DNA from: an uncultured Verrucomicrobiales bacterium | GTDB taxonomy: Bacteria > Verrucomicrobiota > Verrucomicrobiia > Verrucomicrobiales > DEV007 | Assembly (NCBI GenBank): GCA_938091905.1 | Contig: CALKOM010000024.1 | Location: forward strand, 1-56,995 | Reading direction: 5' to 3' | DNA length: 56,995 nucleotides | Shown here: positions 48,422 to 56,995 of the stretch, piece by piece | Numbering within the stretch: the stretch's first letter is position 1 | Layout of the letters: each line of letters begins with the position of its first letter | The notes under the pieces: generated by a model | What the model was told of the DNA's origin: nothing | Database searches by the model: none | What the model saw: the letters and a program-made list of their open reading frames with translations, nothing else | Position numbers and translations under genes: made by a program

Positions 48422-49518
48422 CGCTTGCGCCCTGACCGTTCCCACAGCTTGTCCTTGCTTTCTTTGGCGCCGGAGTCTTCTTCCTTGTCATTCTCTCGGC
48501 CGAAGATGATCGAATTTGGATCCTCTTTCAGTTGGGCGGCGAGTTGTTCAATTTCTTCGGCCATCTTGCTGAAGTCTTTCAGGGTGTTTGTCAAATCAGC
48601 AGGAACCTCTTTGCTGGATTCTACCAGCTCGTAAAGGCTGTCGATGGTATCTGTAAGCGCTTGGAAAGTTTCTTCGGCTGAGGCGACTGCACTACTGAGC
48701 GTGTCGTTGCCTAATTGTTCCTTGACGTTCTTGACCAGTTCTTTGATTTCCTTCGTTGCTTCGGCTGCGGCGTCCGCGGCTTCGGAGAAGGACGTGAGCG
48801 CTTCGTCGAATTTGGGAGATTCCATACGAGCTTGAAAGGACTCGATCGCCTCATTCATCCCTTTGACCTCAAACTGCGTCAATTTTTCATTCACGTTGTC
48901 TAACAACTTGTTCAAGCCCTCTACAACGCCTTTGAAATCGGCGTTGCTGATGTTGTTCACCACGCTCAAAAGGTCGTTCGTTGCTTGAGCCATCTGTGAG
49001 GGCATGGTCGGAATGACCCGGTACTCGACGCCCCGATAGATGAAGGGTTCGAGCGCTTCTTCTCCCTCGGCATCGTCGTGGTAATCTAAGTTTACCTGGA
49101 GAATACCCGTGATGAGATTGCTGATTCCTAAGGTCGCCCGGAGTCCGTCATCGATCTGCTCGTGGTAGAGATCGTCTTCACGGAAATCCATGTTCACCCC
49201 AAGATCGTTGGAGAGTCGGTCCACATCCACTTCAATGATCACCGGTATCAGTGGCTTTGTGCCGGCCTCACCTTCGGCTGAGTTTTGTTGGAAGCGCAGG
49301 AGGATCCGCTTCACTTCGCCTATAGGCACGCCCTTGAGTTTCACCTTGGAGCCGATTTGCATGCCATCCACGGCATCTTCAAAGAAGCAAACCAACGCGA
49401 CACGGTCACCGCCGAACCAGCGGCCCGAGCCAAAGAGCACGATGGAGGCAATCGCGATGGCGAGGGCTCCAATCACAAAGGCCCCGATGGCGGTAGGGTT
49501 GAGGCGACGTTTCTTCAT
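48418..49518 (-). CDS. MlaD/MCE family protein
   Basis: N-terminal TM helix, VDGMQIGSKVKLKGVPIGEV, coiled coil, DPNSIIFG. Confidence 0.93.
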   Translation of the reverse strand: MKKRRLNPTAIGAFVIGALAIAIASIVLFGSGRWFGGDRVALVCFFEDAVDGMQIGSKVKLKGVPIGEVKRILLRFQQNSAEGEAGTKPLIPVIIEVDVDRLSNDLGVNMDFREDDLYHEQIDDGLRATLGISNLITGILQVNLDYHDDAEGEEALEPFIYRGVEYRVIPTMPSQMAQATNDLLSVVNNISNADFKGVVEGLNKLLDNVNEKLTQFEVKGMNEAIESFQARMESPKFDEALTSFSEAADAAAEATKEIKELVKNVKEQLGNDTLSSAVASAEETFQALTDTIDSLYELVESSKEVPADLTNTLKDFSKMAEEIEQLAAQLKEDPNSIIFGRENDKEEDSGAKESKDKLWERSGRKR

Positions 49519-50294
49519 TTGGTCTTCACTAGTGGAGTTGCGTGGCGACGCAGGAATTCCCTTACCCTCTCATCGTCTGCGGACTCTGCCAACTCCTTCG
49601 GGTGACCTTCTGCCGTGATGCGCCTCGTGTCCACATCCAGATAAATACAATGATCGCTGATGGCAAAGATGCTAGCAAGCTCGTGCGTGACCATGACGAT
49701 CGTCGCGCCTAGGCTGTCACGAAGCTGGAGAATGAGATCGTCAAGTCGCGCAGAGCTGATCGGATCGAGGCCAGCGGAAGGCTCGTCGAAGAATAGAATG
49801 TCAGGATCCAAAGCCATAGCACGCGCGAGTGCGGCGCGTTTCCGCATGCCACCGCTGATCTCAGCAGGATAGTAATCTTCGAAACCGTTCAGTCCTACGA
49901 GCGCGAGTTTGAACGAGGCGACCTCGCGAATGGTCGCTTTGGACAGAGATGTGTACTGCTCTAGCGGAAGGGCGATATTCTCTGCCAGTGTCATTGAACC
50001 CCAAAGGGCGCCAGCTTGATAGAGGACGCCAAACGATTGCCGCATGGAGTCGCGCTCCTCCACGCTGATATCCGTAAACCGCTCACCTTCATAAAAGATC
50101 TCCCCTTGAGAGGGTTCGATCAACCCGATAAGATGCTTCATGAGGGTGCTCTTTCCACAGCCGCTCCCTCCCATGATGACAAAGATCTCACCTCGTTTCA
50201 CCTCGAAGTTCATTTCCTTCATGATGACACGAGTGCCGTAGGCCATTGTCAGGTCGCGCACGGCAATGCGCGCTTCGTCGTCGGCGGAATTCAT
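49515..50294 (-). CDS. MlaF-like ABC ATPase
   Basis: GGSGCGKST, ISGGMRKRAALARA, FFDEPSAGLDP, VTHE. Start ATG 50294 overlaps the mlaE-like stop (ATGA). Confidence 0.95.
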   Translation of the reverse strand: MNSADDEARIAVRDLTMAYGTRVIMKEMNFEVKRGEIFVIMGGSGCGKSTLMKHLIGLIEPSQGEIFYEGERFTDISVEERDSMRQSFGVLYQAGALWGSMTLAENIALPLEQYTSLSKATIREVASFKLALVGLNGFEDYYPAEISGGMRKRAALARAMALDPDILFFDEPSAGLDPISSARLDDLILQLRDSLGATIVMVTHELASIFAISDHCIYLDVDTRRITAEGHPKELAESADDERVREFLRRHATPLVKTK

Positions 50295-51409
50295 ATCTTG
50301 AGGATCTCGCAGAGCACAGCAAAGATTGCGTCTGCCACGACGATAAGGGTGATACTCAGAACCACGGCGCGAGTGGCGGCGTGACCCACTGCAGCGGCGT
50401 CCTTGCCGCAGTGCAGGCCTTGCACACAGCCACAAGCGGCGATGATAAAGCCAAAGACCATGCTCTTGGCCAGGCCGATACTAATGTCCCGTGTCGTTAC
50501 GATAGTCTGCGTTTCAAAGAGATACTGCGTGTAGGAGATGTCCAACATGCTATTTCCAATGACCGCTCCACCAAAGTAGCCTAACAAATTAGCGTAGAGC
50601 GTGAGGAGGGGCATCATCAAGGTCAATGCCAGGACGCGCGGCAGTGCTAACATATCCACAGGCTGAAAGCCGAATGTTGCTAGAGCGTCAATTTCTTCGG
50701 ATACCTTCATCGTGCCTAGATGCGCGGCAAAGGCAGCCCCACTTCTTCCTGACATGATCATGCTCGTCATGAGAGACGCCATTTCACGACTCATGGCCAA
50801 ACCGACGAGATCAGCCACATAGAGATCAGCACCAAAGACGCGAAGCTGGACGGCACCGACAAACGCAAGGATGAGCCCCGTGAGGAAGGCGAGCAGGCCG
50901 ACGATGGGCAGGGCGCGGAATCCTGTATCGCCGAGCAAGACGATGAATTCGCGCAAACGAAAGGTCTTAGGATGGCGGAGCGTTCGCAGAGCGGCAATCA
51001 AGGTCTCGCCGCAGAACGCCAGAGCGACCTTGCCGGCGTCTATCAACGCGACGGCTTGTCGTCCGGCACGCGCTACGAAATTCGGCCTTTCAGGCGGCTG
51101 AGCCTCTTGCTCTGGCACGGCTCGCGCAAGCAAGACGAGCTTGGCGATGCGGTCTGGCACCGCACTTAGATCAACGTGCACGCCGTGATCGTCCGCCTCG
51201 TCTGCCAGGCTCGTGATGGTCATGGCCAGGCTGGTATCCACGGCCGTTGCCTGCTCGGCCTCAAATCGAAGCTCGCCATTCTTCGGCACCAGCGTTGCCA
51301 CGTCGTGTTCCGGCATCGTGTCCATTGTCCAGCGTCCCGTGAATGCCAGAGCCGTCACGCCGTGCTCTGGCGTGGTCGCGAGGATCTGGGGCTGGGAATT
51401 CTCCGGCAC
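50291..51409 (-). CDS. MlaE-like ABC permease with N-terminal STAS-like domain
   Basis: GRSGAAFAAHLGTMKVSEEIDAL, PRVLAL, VGHAATRAVV. Confidence 0.94.
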   Translation of the reverse strand: MPENSQPQILATTPEHGVTALAFTGRWTMDTMPEHDVATLVPKNGELRFEAEQATAVDTSLAMTITSLADEADDHGVHVDLSAVPDRIAKLVLLARAVPEQEAQPPERPNFVARAGRQAVALIDAGKVALAFCGETLIAALRTLRHPKTFRLREFIVLLGDTGFRALPIVGLLAFLTGLILAFVGAVQLRVFGADLYVADLVGLAMSREMASLMTSMIMSGRSGAAFAAHLGTMKVSEEIDALATFGFQPVDMLALPRVLALTLMMPLLTLYANLLGYFGGAVIGNSMLDISYTQYLFETQTIVTTRDISIGLAKSMVFGFIIAACGCVQGLHCGKDAAAVGHAATRAVVLSITLIVVADAIFAVLCEILKI

Positions 51410-51543
51410 GACTCTAGTCTAGTGCCGCCCGCAGTCATGACAAGGGCGGCCATGGACTTGTAAGGAACCGTCGTGATCACGCTAATTCCCTTCGTTGCGC
51501 TGGAGAATCTCGCTAGACTCACTCGCGGGAACGTTATGCGACG

Positions 51544-53691
51544 ATGAAACCAATTCTCTTAATACCAGTAGCAGGACTCGCCTTCGGGCTCGGCATGGGC
51601 GTGGACCGTGGCTTAATGAGCACGGCAACGAAACCAAGCAAGGAGGGTGTTAGTTCCGAGAACGGGCAAGTTGCTGCCGAGAGCTCTATTCTCGATGCCG
51701 GGCCAGCCAACTCGAGCCGATTAGCAACGGGATCCTCCCAACCAGTTTCGGGTGTGCGCCTACCTCGTGGCGGTGATATCACGATCGACGAACTCTTGAG
51801 CCTGACGGGTTCACCGATGGGGCCGCGCATGTCATCTACAGTCGAGCTGTATCAGCGACTTTCTAGCATGAGTGCGAGCTCGCTCAAATCTCTAGCCGAG
51901 GAGCTTGAAGGCTCGCCTCAGATGCCCACCATGTATCAAGCAAGGCGCCAAGTCTTCTCGGCACTGGCGGAAGTCCACCCAGAGGCAGCCTGGCAACTGG
52001 CCAAGAATTCAAAGAATCAACAGACCAAGCAGCAGCTCTATCCCATGCTCTTCGCCTCCGTGGCTCAAGAGGATCTTGCCAAAGCGAAAGAGATGCTGGC
52101 TGAGATTACGAATCCGCAGCTCCGTGCGGCAGCGTCTCAGGGTTTTATGAATTCGAGTATCTTGGAGACGGAGCCGGATTTTCTTCTCAAGATCGCTAAA
52201 GACGCGGGCGAGCAGGGCCATTGGCAATACCATTCGCTCTTTTCAGGGTGGGCTGCGAAAGATCCCAACGCGGCGAGCAAAGCGTTCGAGAAGCTCAGCC
52301 CACAGGCACAGACAAACGCCGCCAATGGCGTGGCCTATTCTTGGGCCGCCGAAGACCCAGACGCTGCCTTCGCCTGGGCGAGCACCCTAGAGAACCTTCA
52401 GGCACGTCAGAATGCGTTGTCGGCAGTAGTACAAGCCCTGGCAGTCCAAAATCCGCAGAAAGCGATTGATTACTGTGAGTCCCTTCCTAACGGAGCGACT
52501 AAGCAACAGGCTTTGCAGAATGTGGCTCAGAGCTACTTCCAGACAGACACCGAAGCCGCCATCGAGTGGATTGGCACGCTCTCCTCGAGCGATCGTAGCA
52601 AAGCCTTGTCAGGATCACTCTATCAACTTGCCCAGACCGATCCAGAAGCAGCGGCAAAGCTCTTTGAGGACACTCCCATGAGCAACAATCTCAGCCATCA
52701 AGCCCAACAGATTGCTAACGGTCTCGCACAGAAAAGCATGGATCGAGCCATCGAATGGGTCGAGACGTTGCCGAATGGCCAGACCAGAACGAACGCGGTA
52801 TCTGGCTTGCTGCAAACGTGGGCGCAGACCGACCCCGCAGCGGCCGCTGCCTACTTGGACAAACAAGGGCTCAATCAACGCAATTCGCACTTGGGTAGTA
52901 ACATACTCTCACCATGGATTGTGCAGGACAAAGAGGCGGCATTGGATTGGGTACTGTCTCACGAGAATCCGAGCGTGCAGCAGAACCTAGTGAGCAATTT
53001 GATGGGGTCGTGGGCGCACCAAGATCCCCAGGGGGCCATGGAGTTTCTTGGAACATTGGAGGACCCTGAGTTGAAGAAGAACGCCGCCCGAAACCTTATC
53101 AGTAGCTTGGGCTATCAGGATCCAGACACCACTCTCGAATGGATTCGCCAGCAAAGCGGGGATGAGCAGCCTGGTTATGTCGCCAACATGCTCTCAAGAA
53201 TTGCCCACAATGACCACGTTCGCGCCGTCGAAATCTACCAAGAGTTTCTGCCGACCCTGACAGAAGAGCAGCGCAACGGAGAATTCTCTTCGGCCGCGTC
53301 TAATATCGTGTCGAATTGGGGGCAGTTTGAACCCAAAGCGGCGGGAGACTGGGCTCTCGCCCTGCCCGAAGGACAGGCGCGGAATCAAGCCGTCTCGAGC
53401 CTGGCCAATAGCTGGCTGCGCAATGATTCCATGGCCGCCTCGGAATGGATCGGTGATCTACCTGCTGGACCGATGCGTGATCAAGCTATCCAACCACTCG
53501 TTCGGACCATTCAGGAGGATGATCCCGAAGCCGCCTTCGCCTGGGCCCTCACCGTTAGTGAGAATAACCAGAAGCAGAACCTCTTGCGCAATGTTGTTAG
53601 CCGGTGGTCCAAATCTGATCCTGATGCGGTAGCCTTCGCCGTGCAGTCTGCCGATCTTCCAGAAGAGATGGCCGGGCGAATTCTTCCGTGA
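51544..53691 (+). CDS. Hypothetical helical-repeat protein
   Basis: N-terminal hydrophobic anchor followed by many ~30-35 aa repeats W-x3-DP-x2-A-x2-W-x3-L. Confidence 0.85.
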   Translation: MKPILLIPVAGLAFGLGMGVDRGLMSTATKPSKEGVSSENGQVAAESSILDAGPANSSRLATGSSQPVSGVRLPRGGDITIDELLSLTGSPMGPRMSSTVELYQRLSSMSASSLKSLAEELEGSPQMPTMYQARRQVFSALAEVHPEAAWQLAKNSKNQQTKQQLYPMLFASVAQEDLAKAKEMLAEITNPQLRAAASQGFMNSSILETEPDFLLKIAKDAGEQGHWQYHSLFSGWAAKDPNAASKAFEKLSPQAQTNAANGVAYSWAAEDPDAAFAWASTLENLQARQNALSAVVQALAVQNPQKAIDYCESLPNGATKQQALQNVAQSYFQTDTEAAIEWIGTLSSSDRSKALSGSLYQLAQTDPEAAAKLFEDTPMSNNLSHQAQQIANGLAQKSMDRAIEWVETLPNGQTRTNAVSGLLQTWAQTDPAAAAAYLDKQGLNQRNSHLGSNILSPWIVQDKEAALDWVLSHENPSVQQNLVSNLMGSWAHQDPQGAMEFLGTLEDPELKKNAARNLISSLGYQDPDTTLEWIRQQSGDEQPGYVANMLSRIAHNDHVRAVEIYQEFLPTLTEEQRNGEFSSAASNIVSNWGQFEPKAAGDWALALPEGQARNQAVSSLANSWLRNDSMAASEWIGDLPAGPMRDQAIQPLVRTIQEDDPEAAFAWALTVSENNQKQNLLRNVVSRWSKSDPDAVAFAVQSADLPEEMAGRILP

Positions 53692-53747
53692 GAAATAGAG
53701 TAGGGTGGTCATTTTAGTCGTGACCGAAACGGGAAGCCCTAGCCACT

Positions 53748-55277
53748 TTACGGGCGTTGTGCGTCTTTCTGAAACCTTTCCCAAAGGGAATCCCATTGCT
53801 TGGCCAATTCAGCTGCTTTGTCAGGCTTCTCTCCGGCAATGTCCTTCGTTTCAGCCCGATCCTTTGAAAGATCATAGAGTTCCCAGGGCTTGTCTTTGAC
53901 CGCAACGAGTTTCCAATCGCCTCGCCGAATGGCGCGATTGCCTTCGTGCATCCACCATAGTTCGCGTGACGCTTTAGGCGTCTCGAATAGGCCGATTCCT
54001 GGGCGCGTTGGCTTCTCGATACCTGCTAAGTCGAGAATGGTTGGTACGAGGTCGATGACATGGGAAGGCCAATCAATGGTTGGACGCTTCTCGACGGTGG
54101 TGGGCCAGCGGGCGATGAAGGGTGTGGCGATCCCACCTTCGTGGACCCAGGTCTTGTGTTTGCGAAAGGGGGTATTACAAGTCGTCGACCAACCCGGTCC
54201 CAAGCAGAGATAGGTCGCGGCGGAACCTGGTGCAGCCTTTGGGTCGTGACCATCAGCGCGGACCATGATCTCGGCGCTGGCACCATTGTCAGAGAGAAAC
54301 ACGATGAGGGTGTTCTCATAGGCCTTCATGGTCTTCAGTTGATCGATGACGCGACCAATCTCGCGATCCATGCGATCAATCATGGCCGCGTGAATGGCCA
54401 TCTTGGTGGCTTGAAAGGCTTGTTGATCGTCAGTTAGTGTTGACCAAGGGACCGGCCGATTCACTTCGCCGGGACCGAGAATTTCCAGGGCTTCAGGGAA
54501 GTCGTAGGGTGGTCCTAGATCAAGTTCTACCGGCGCTAGGTCGGCATTGCGAGGGAGTCCAAGGGTTTGCTGGCGCTGCCACCGTTCTTTCCGAACCTGG
54601 TCCCATCCCGCGTCGTAGCGGGTTTCGTAGCGCGCGATGTCTTCGGGTAAGGCGTGAAGTGGAAAGTGAGGCGCGGCAAAGGCAATATACTGAAAGAATG
54701 GCCGATCTGAGAAATGCTCGGCGTGATCGCGGAGTTGATTGATGGCGTGGTCGGCTACCGCGACTGTCCCGTAGTAACCAGACTCAAGTTCAATGGGAGG
54801 CAGTTTCTTGTCGTCCTGATAGTGAATCTGAGGATTAAAGAAGCGGCTTTGATCTTTAAGATAGTAGGAATGATCAAAGCCCTGAGCGACGGGCATGCCA
54901 TCGAGGTGCCATTTACCAGAATGATAGGATCGGTAGTTCTTGGGCTTGAGTAGAGTTGGCAACAAAGGGGCCCATAGTGGACGCTTTCCGCCACCGCCGC
55001 TCTTCACTCCGGGCACCGAGTCTCGCCGGATTTGTTGAGGATAATACCCTGTCAGAATAGCGGCGCGGCTGGGCCAGCATCGCGCTGTATTGTAGAACTG
55101 GGTAAGACGTGAACCTTCCTTCGCCAGCGCATCCAGATTCGGAGTCGCGATCTCGCTACCATAACAGCCCAAGTCTGAGAATCCGAGGTCGTCGGCAAGA
55201 ATTAAAAGAACGTTAGTGGGTGTAGCTGTCGCAACAATGTTGACCAGGCCAAGGCAAGCGAGAAGTAAGCGCCACAT
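53748..55277 (-). CDS. Arylsulfatase, secreted
   Basis: ADDLGFSDLGCYG, CWPSR, GKWHL, APHFPLHA, SDNG, HEGGIATP. Confidence 0.95.
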   Translation of the reverse strand: MWRLLLACLGLVNIVATATPTNVLLILADDLGFSDLGCYGSEIATPNLDALAKEGSRLTQFYNTARCWPSRAAILTGYYPQQIRRDSVPGVKSGGGGKRPLWAPLLPTLLKPKNYRSYHSGKWHLDGMPVAQGFDHSYYLKDQSRFFNPQIHYQDDKKLPPIELESGYYGTVAVADHAINQLRDHAEHFSDRPFFQYIAFAAPHFPLHALPEDIARYETRYDAGWDQVRKERWQRQQTLGLPRNADLAPVELDLGPPYDFPEALEILGPGEVNRPVPWSTLTDDQQAFQATKMAIHAAMIDRMDREIGRVIDQLKTMKAYENTLIVFLSDNGASAEIMVRADGHDPKAAPGSAATYLCLGPGWSTTCNTPFRKHKTWVHEGGIATPFIARWPTTVEKRPTIDWPSHVIDLVPTILDLAGIEKPTRPGIGLFETPKASRELWWMHEGNRAIRRGDWKLVAVKDKPWELYDLSKDRAETKDIAGEKPDKAAELAKQWDSLWERFQKDAQRP

Positions 55278-55385
55278 TCACCAGCTATAAACGAAATGAA
55301 CCGGGTTCGTCGAGTCTCAGTATCGTCAGCAGAAATGTAGGGGTCACTCTGCTTTAAGAAACTACCCTGTTACCCGCTCGACTTG

Positions 55386-56995
55386 CTATTGTTCAGACAA
55401 CCTAAAGTAAGCTTCTTTAGGATCGTTGCCCACGGGGTGATTGATTGCACTCCCAGTTCCGGAGAACGTCTGGAACTCTGTCCAGGTCGCCGGCCGCAGA
55501 GTCAGTGATCGCTCGATTATGTAGTTCTTGTCGGCCTCGCTTTGAAACTCCAGCGCTCCCGAACTCGGCCCGGTTCTTTGAATTGTCAGACCCGCGCGAG
55601 CGCCTCCGGGGCTATCAATAGCCCCTCCCACGCTGCCTACCATGCCATCAAGACAAAGACTCTCTTCATCAAGTTCGGTGAGTTGCACCTCAATGGTGGT
55701 CGGCGTGAACTCCGGCGTGAGCCCTACCATGCTTACCGTGGCATTGGAGGAAGGTAAAGTCGCATTGGTACTCGCTAAATTGATGGCCGCCGTGGTCACG
55801 ACAGCATCCTCAAAAACCGGGCTGCCACCGCCGGCCATCAAGTCGTCGGTTACTTTGAACGTGTCTAGTTGATGAGTAATTTCATTAAACGACGAGAAGA
55901 CGGCTCCGTCCTGCTTTTGGGCGATCGCTGGAATCACCGTAGCACTACTTGCCATATCGGGATACTTTCTCCAGACAAAGCCATCCAACTGGTGACTCGC
56001 AGATCCGAACGTCAGCCCCGTTTTTGGATCTTCATCGGCCCCGATGAGTGTCAGAAATAATTTGTTCTTCCCAGCAAAGGTGGCTGGGACAAGCGAAGAC
56101 TGACCTTCCACATCAACAGAAACACTTCGTTCGAGAGCGCCGTTACCACCCACGAGTGTCATGACACCGTTGATCTTCGTACTGATCCCACTCCCTTGAA
56201 TCTGTGAGCCCACGAGAATTGTCTTTCCGTTAGGCAGTTCTGTGCTGTAACTCAGGATCGCATTGGTGAAACGGCGGCCCCAGACGGGATTGCCAGCTTG
56301 GTTGAGCTTGTAAAGCGCGGCGCTGGATTGTGGGTTCATGGGATTGCTCGAATCTGTATTGAAAGACGACAGGTAGATAGAAGATTCCGAGGCGATGACG
56401 TCGGGGGCAGTGGCACCGCTAAAGCCAGTATAGGTACGCGACCATTGCATGGCGCCAGCGCTGCTCACGCTAACTAGGATAATCTGGTGGCCTGCCATTA
56501 AGCTGGCACCTGCGATAGCGATGTTGGATTTTGTCACTGTGATGATAAACGCATTCGCTGTCGCAGTGACCGAGGAAGTGCGAGACTCTTCGGGGCCAAG
56601 AATGCTAGAGGGGGGCAATCCGCTAAACGCTGCCGAACTGAAGTTCTTGCCCCAGTCCAATTGCCCATCGTTACCCACAACAAAGACTTCCACACTCCCA
56701 TCGAACGCTTGCATGACCACGGTGCGCCCATCACGTAGGCCGAATAACTTGGTTTCCTCGCTCGTGATTGGCGTTTGCACTTCATAGGCTGGAGTAAGGT
56801 CAGCCGCAGTATCGAAAGCTCCAAAGACAAGCATGCCATCGTCAGGGCGTTCTCCATAGGCGCTGACTTGATTATCCACGGCACTGACATTGAAAGTTAG
56901 GTCAGGCTCGCCCGCATAGACCTTCCATTGAGTCAGGCCAGTCGCGTCAAGGGAGATGAGTGAGTCCCTTGAGCCATCATCCGTATTGGAGCTTC
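55386..56995 (-). CDS. Extracellular beta-repeat protein; 5' end beyond the window
   Basis: The frame stays open from 56879 to the window edge (SSNTDDGSRDSLISLDATGLTQWKVY...). Repeated G-x2-x-W-x-R/K propeller-like motifs; C-terminal YIIERSLTL..TW...AYFRL. Confidence 0.8.
   Translation of the reverse strand, partial: SSNTDDGSRDSLISLDATGLTQWKVYAGEPDLTFNVSAVDNQVSAYGERPDDGMLVFGAFDTAADLTPAYEVQTPITSEETKLFGLRDGRTVVMQAFDGSVEVFVVGNDGQLDWGKNFSSAAFSGLPPSSILGPEESRTSSVTATANAFIITVTKSNIAIAGASLMAGHQIILVSVSSAGAMQWSRTYTGFSGATAPDVIASESSIYLSSFNTDSSNPMNPQSSAALYKLNQAGNPVWGRRFTNAILSYSTELPNGKTILVGSQIQGSGISTKINGVMTLVGGNGALERSVSVDVEGQSSLVPATFAGKNKLFLTLIGADEDPKTGLTFGSASHQLDGFVWRKYPDMASSATVIPAIAQKQDGAVFSSFNEITHQLDTFKVTDDLMAGGGSPVFEDAVVTTAAINLASTNATLPSSNATVSMVGLTPEFTPTTIEVQLTELDEESLCLDGMVGSVGGAIDSPGGARAGLTIQRTGPSSGALEFQSEADKNYIIERSLTLRPATWTEFQTFSGTGSAINHPVGNDPKEAYFRLSEQ

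Noticed and set aside
50295..50435. N-terminal extension of the ABC ATPase ORF
   Set aside because: It overlaps the mlaE-like gene; ATG 50294 with an ATGA overlap is the plausible start.
1..56995. tRNA, rRNA, integrase or prophage genes
   Set aside because: None recognised by eye; tRNAscan-SE and Infernal were not run.

Overview
This 57 kb bacterial window has gene content typical of the PVC superphylum, most likely a Verrucomicrobiales genome or MAG (inference from gene families). The left half (1-33 kb) is an accessory island. It holds a DUF1552 / DUF1588-type cytochrome pair split by a REP-associated tyrosine transposase (RAYT) flanked by two GTAG-type REP doublets, seven Cys-type sulfatases, a tripartite tricarboxylate transporter with a TctC-TctB fusion, two paralogous secreted lamin-tail/CotH kinases, an Ig-domain protein, a secreted dikinase with glucan-water-dikinase-like domain order, DUF1080 and an orphan lsrF. 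A decayed pilin locus follows at 33.6-35 kb. The right half is mostly housekeeping: queC, queE, DoxX, SurA-like PPIase, M13 peptidase, DAHP synthase, IscU-like, Gfo/Idh/MocA, SDR, MlaEFD and an eighth sulfatase, plus one heavily disrupted gene. The three most notable observations are: (1) a 59-bp REP doublet inserted after codon 2 of the cytochrome gene, with the frame apparently rescued by a 10-bp duplication; (2) an exported GWD/PWD-like dikinase next to exported CotH kinases; (3) a shared C-terminal E-x-S-x-[DT]-L..W...R motif on five unrelated secreted proteins, a candidate sorting signal. All family assignments come from motif recognition by eye, without database searches.
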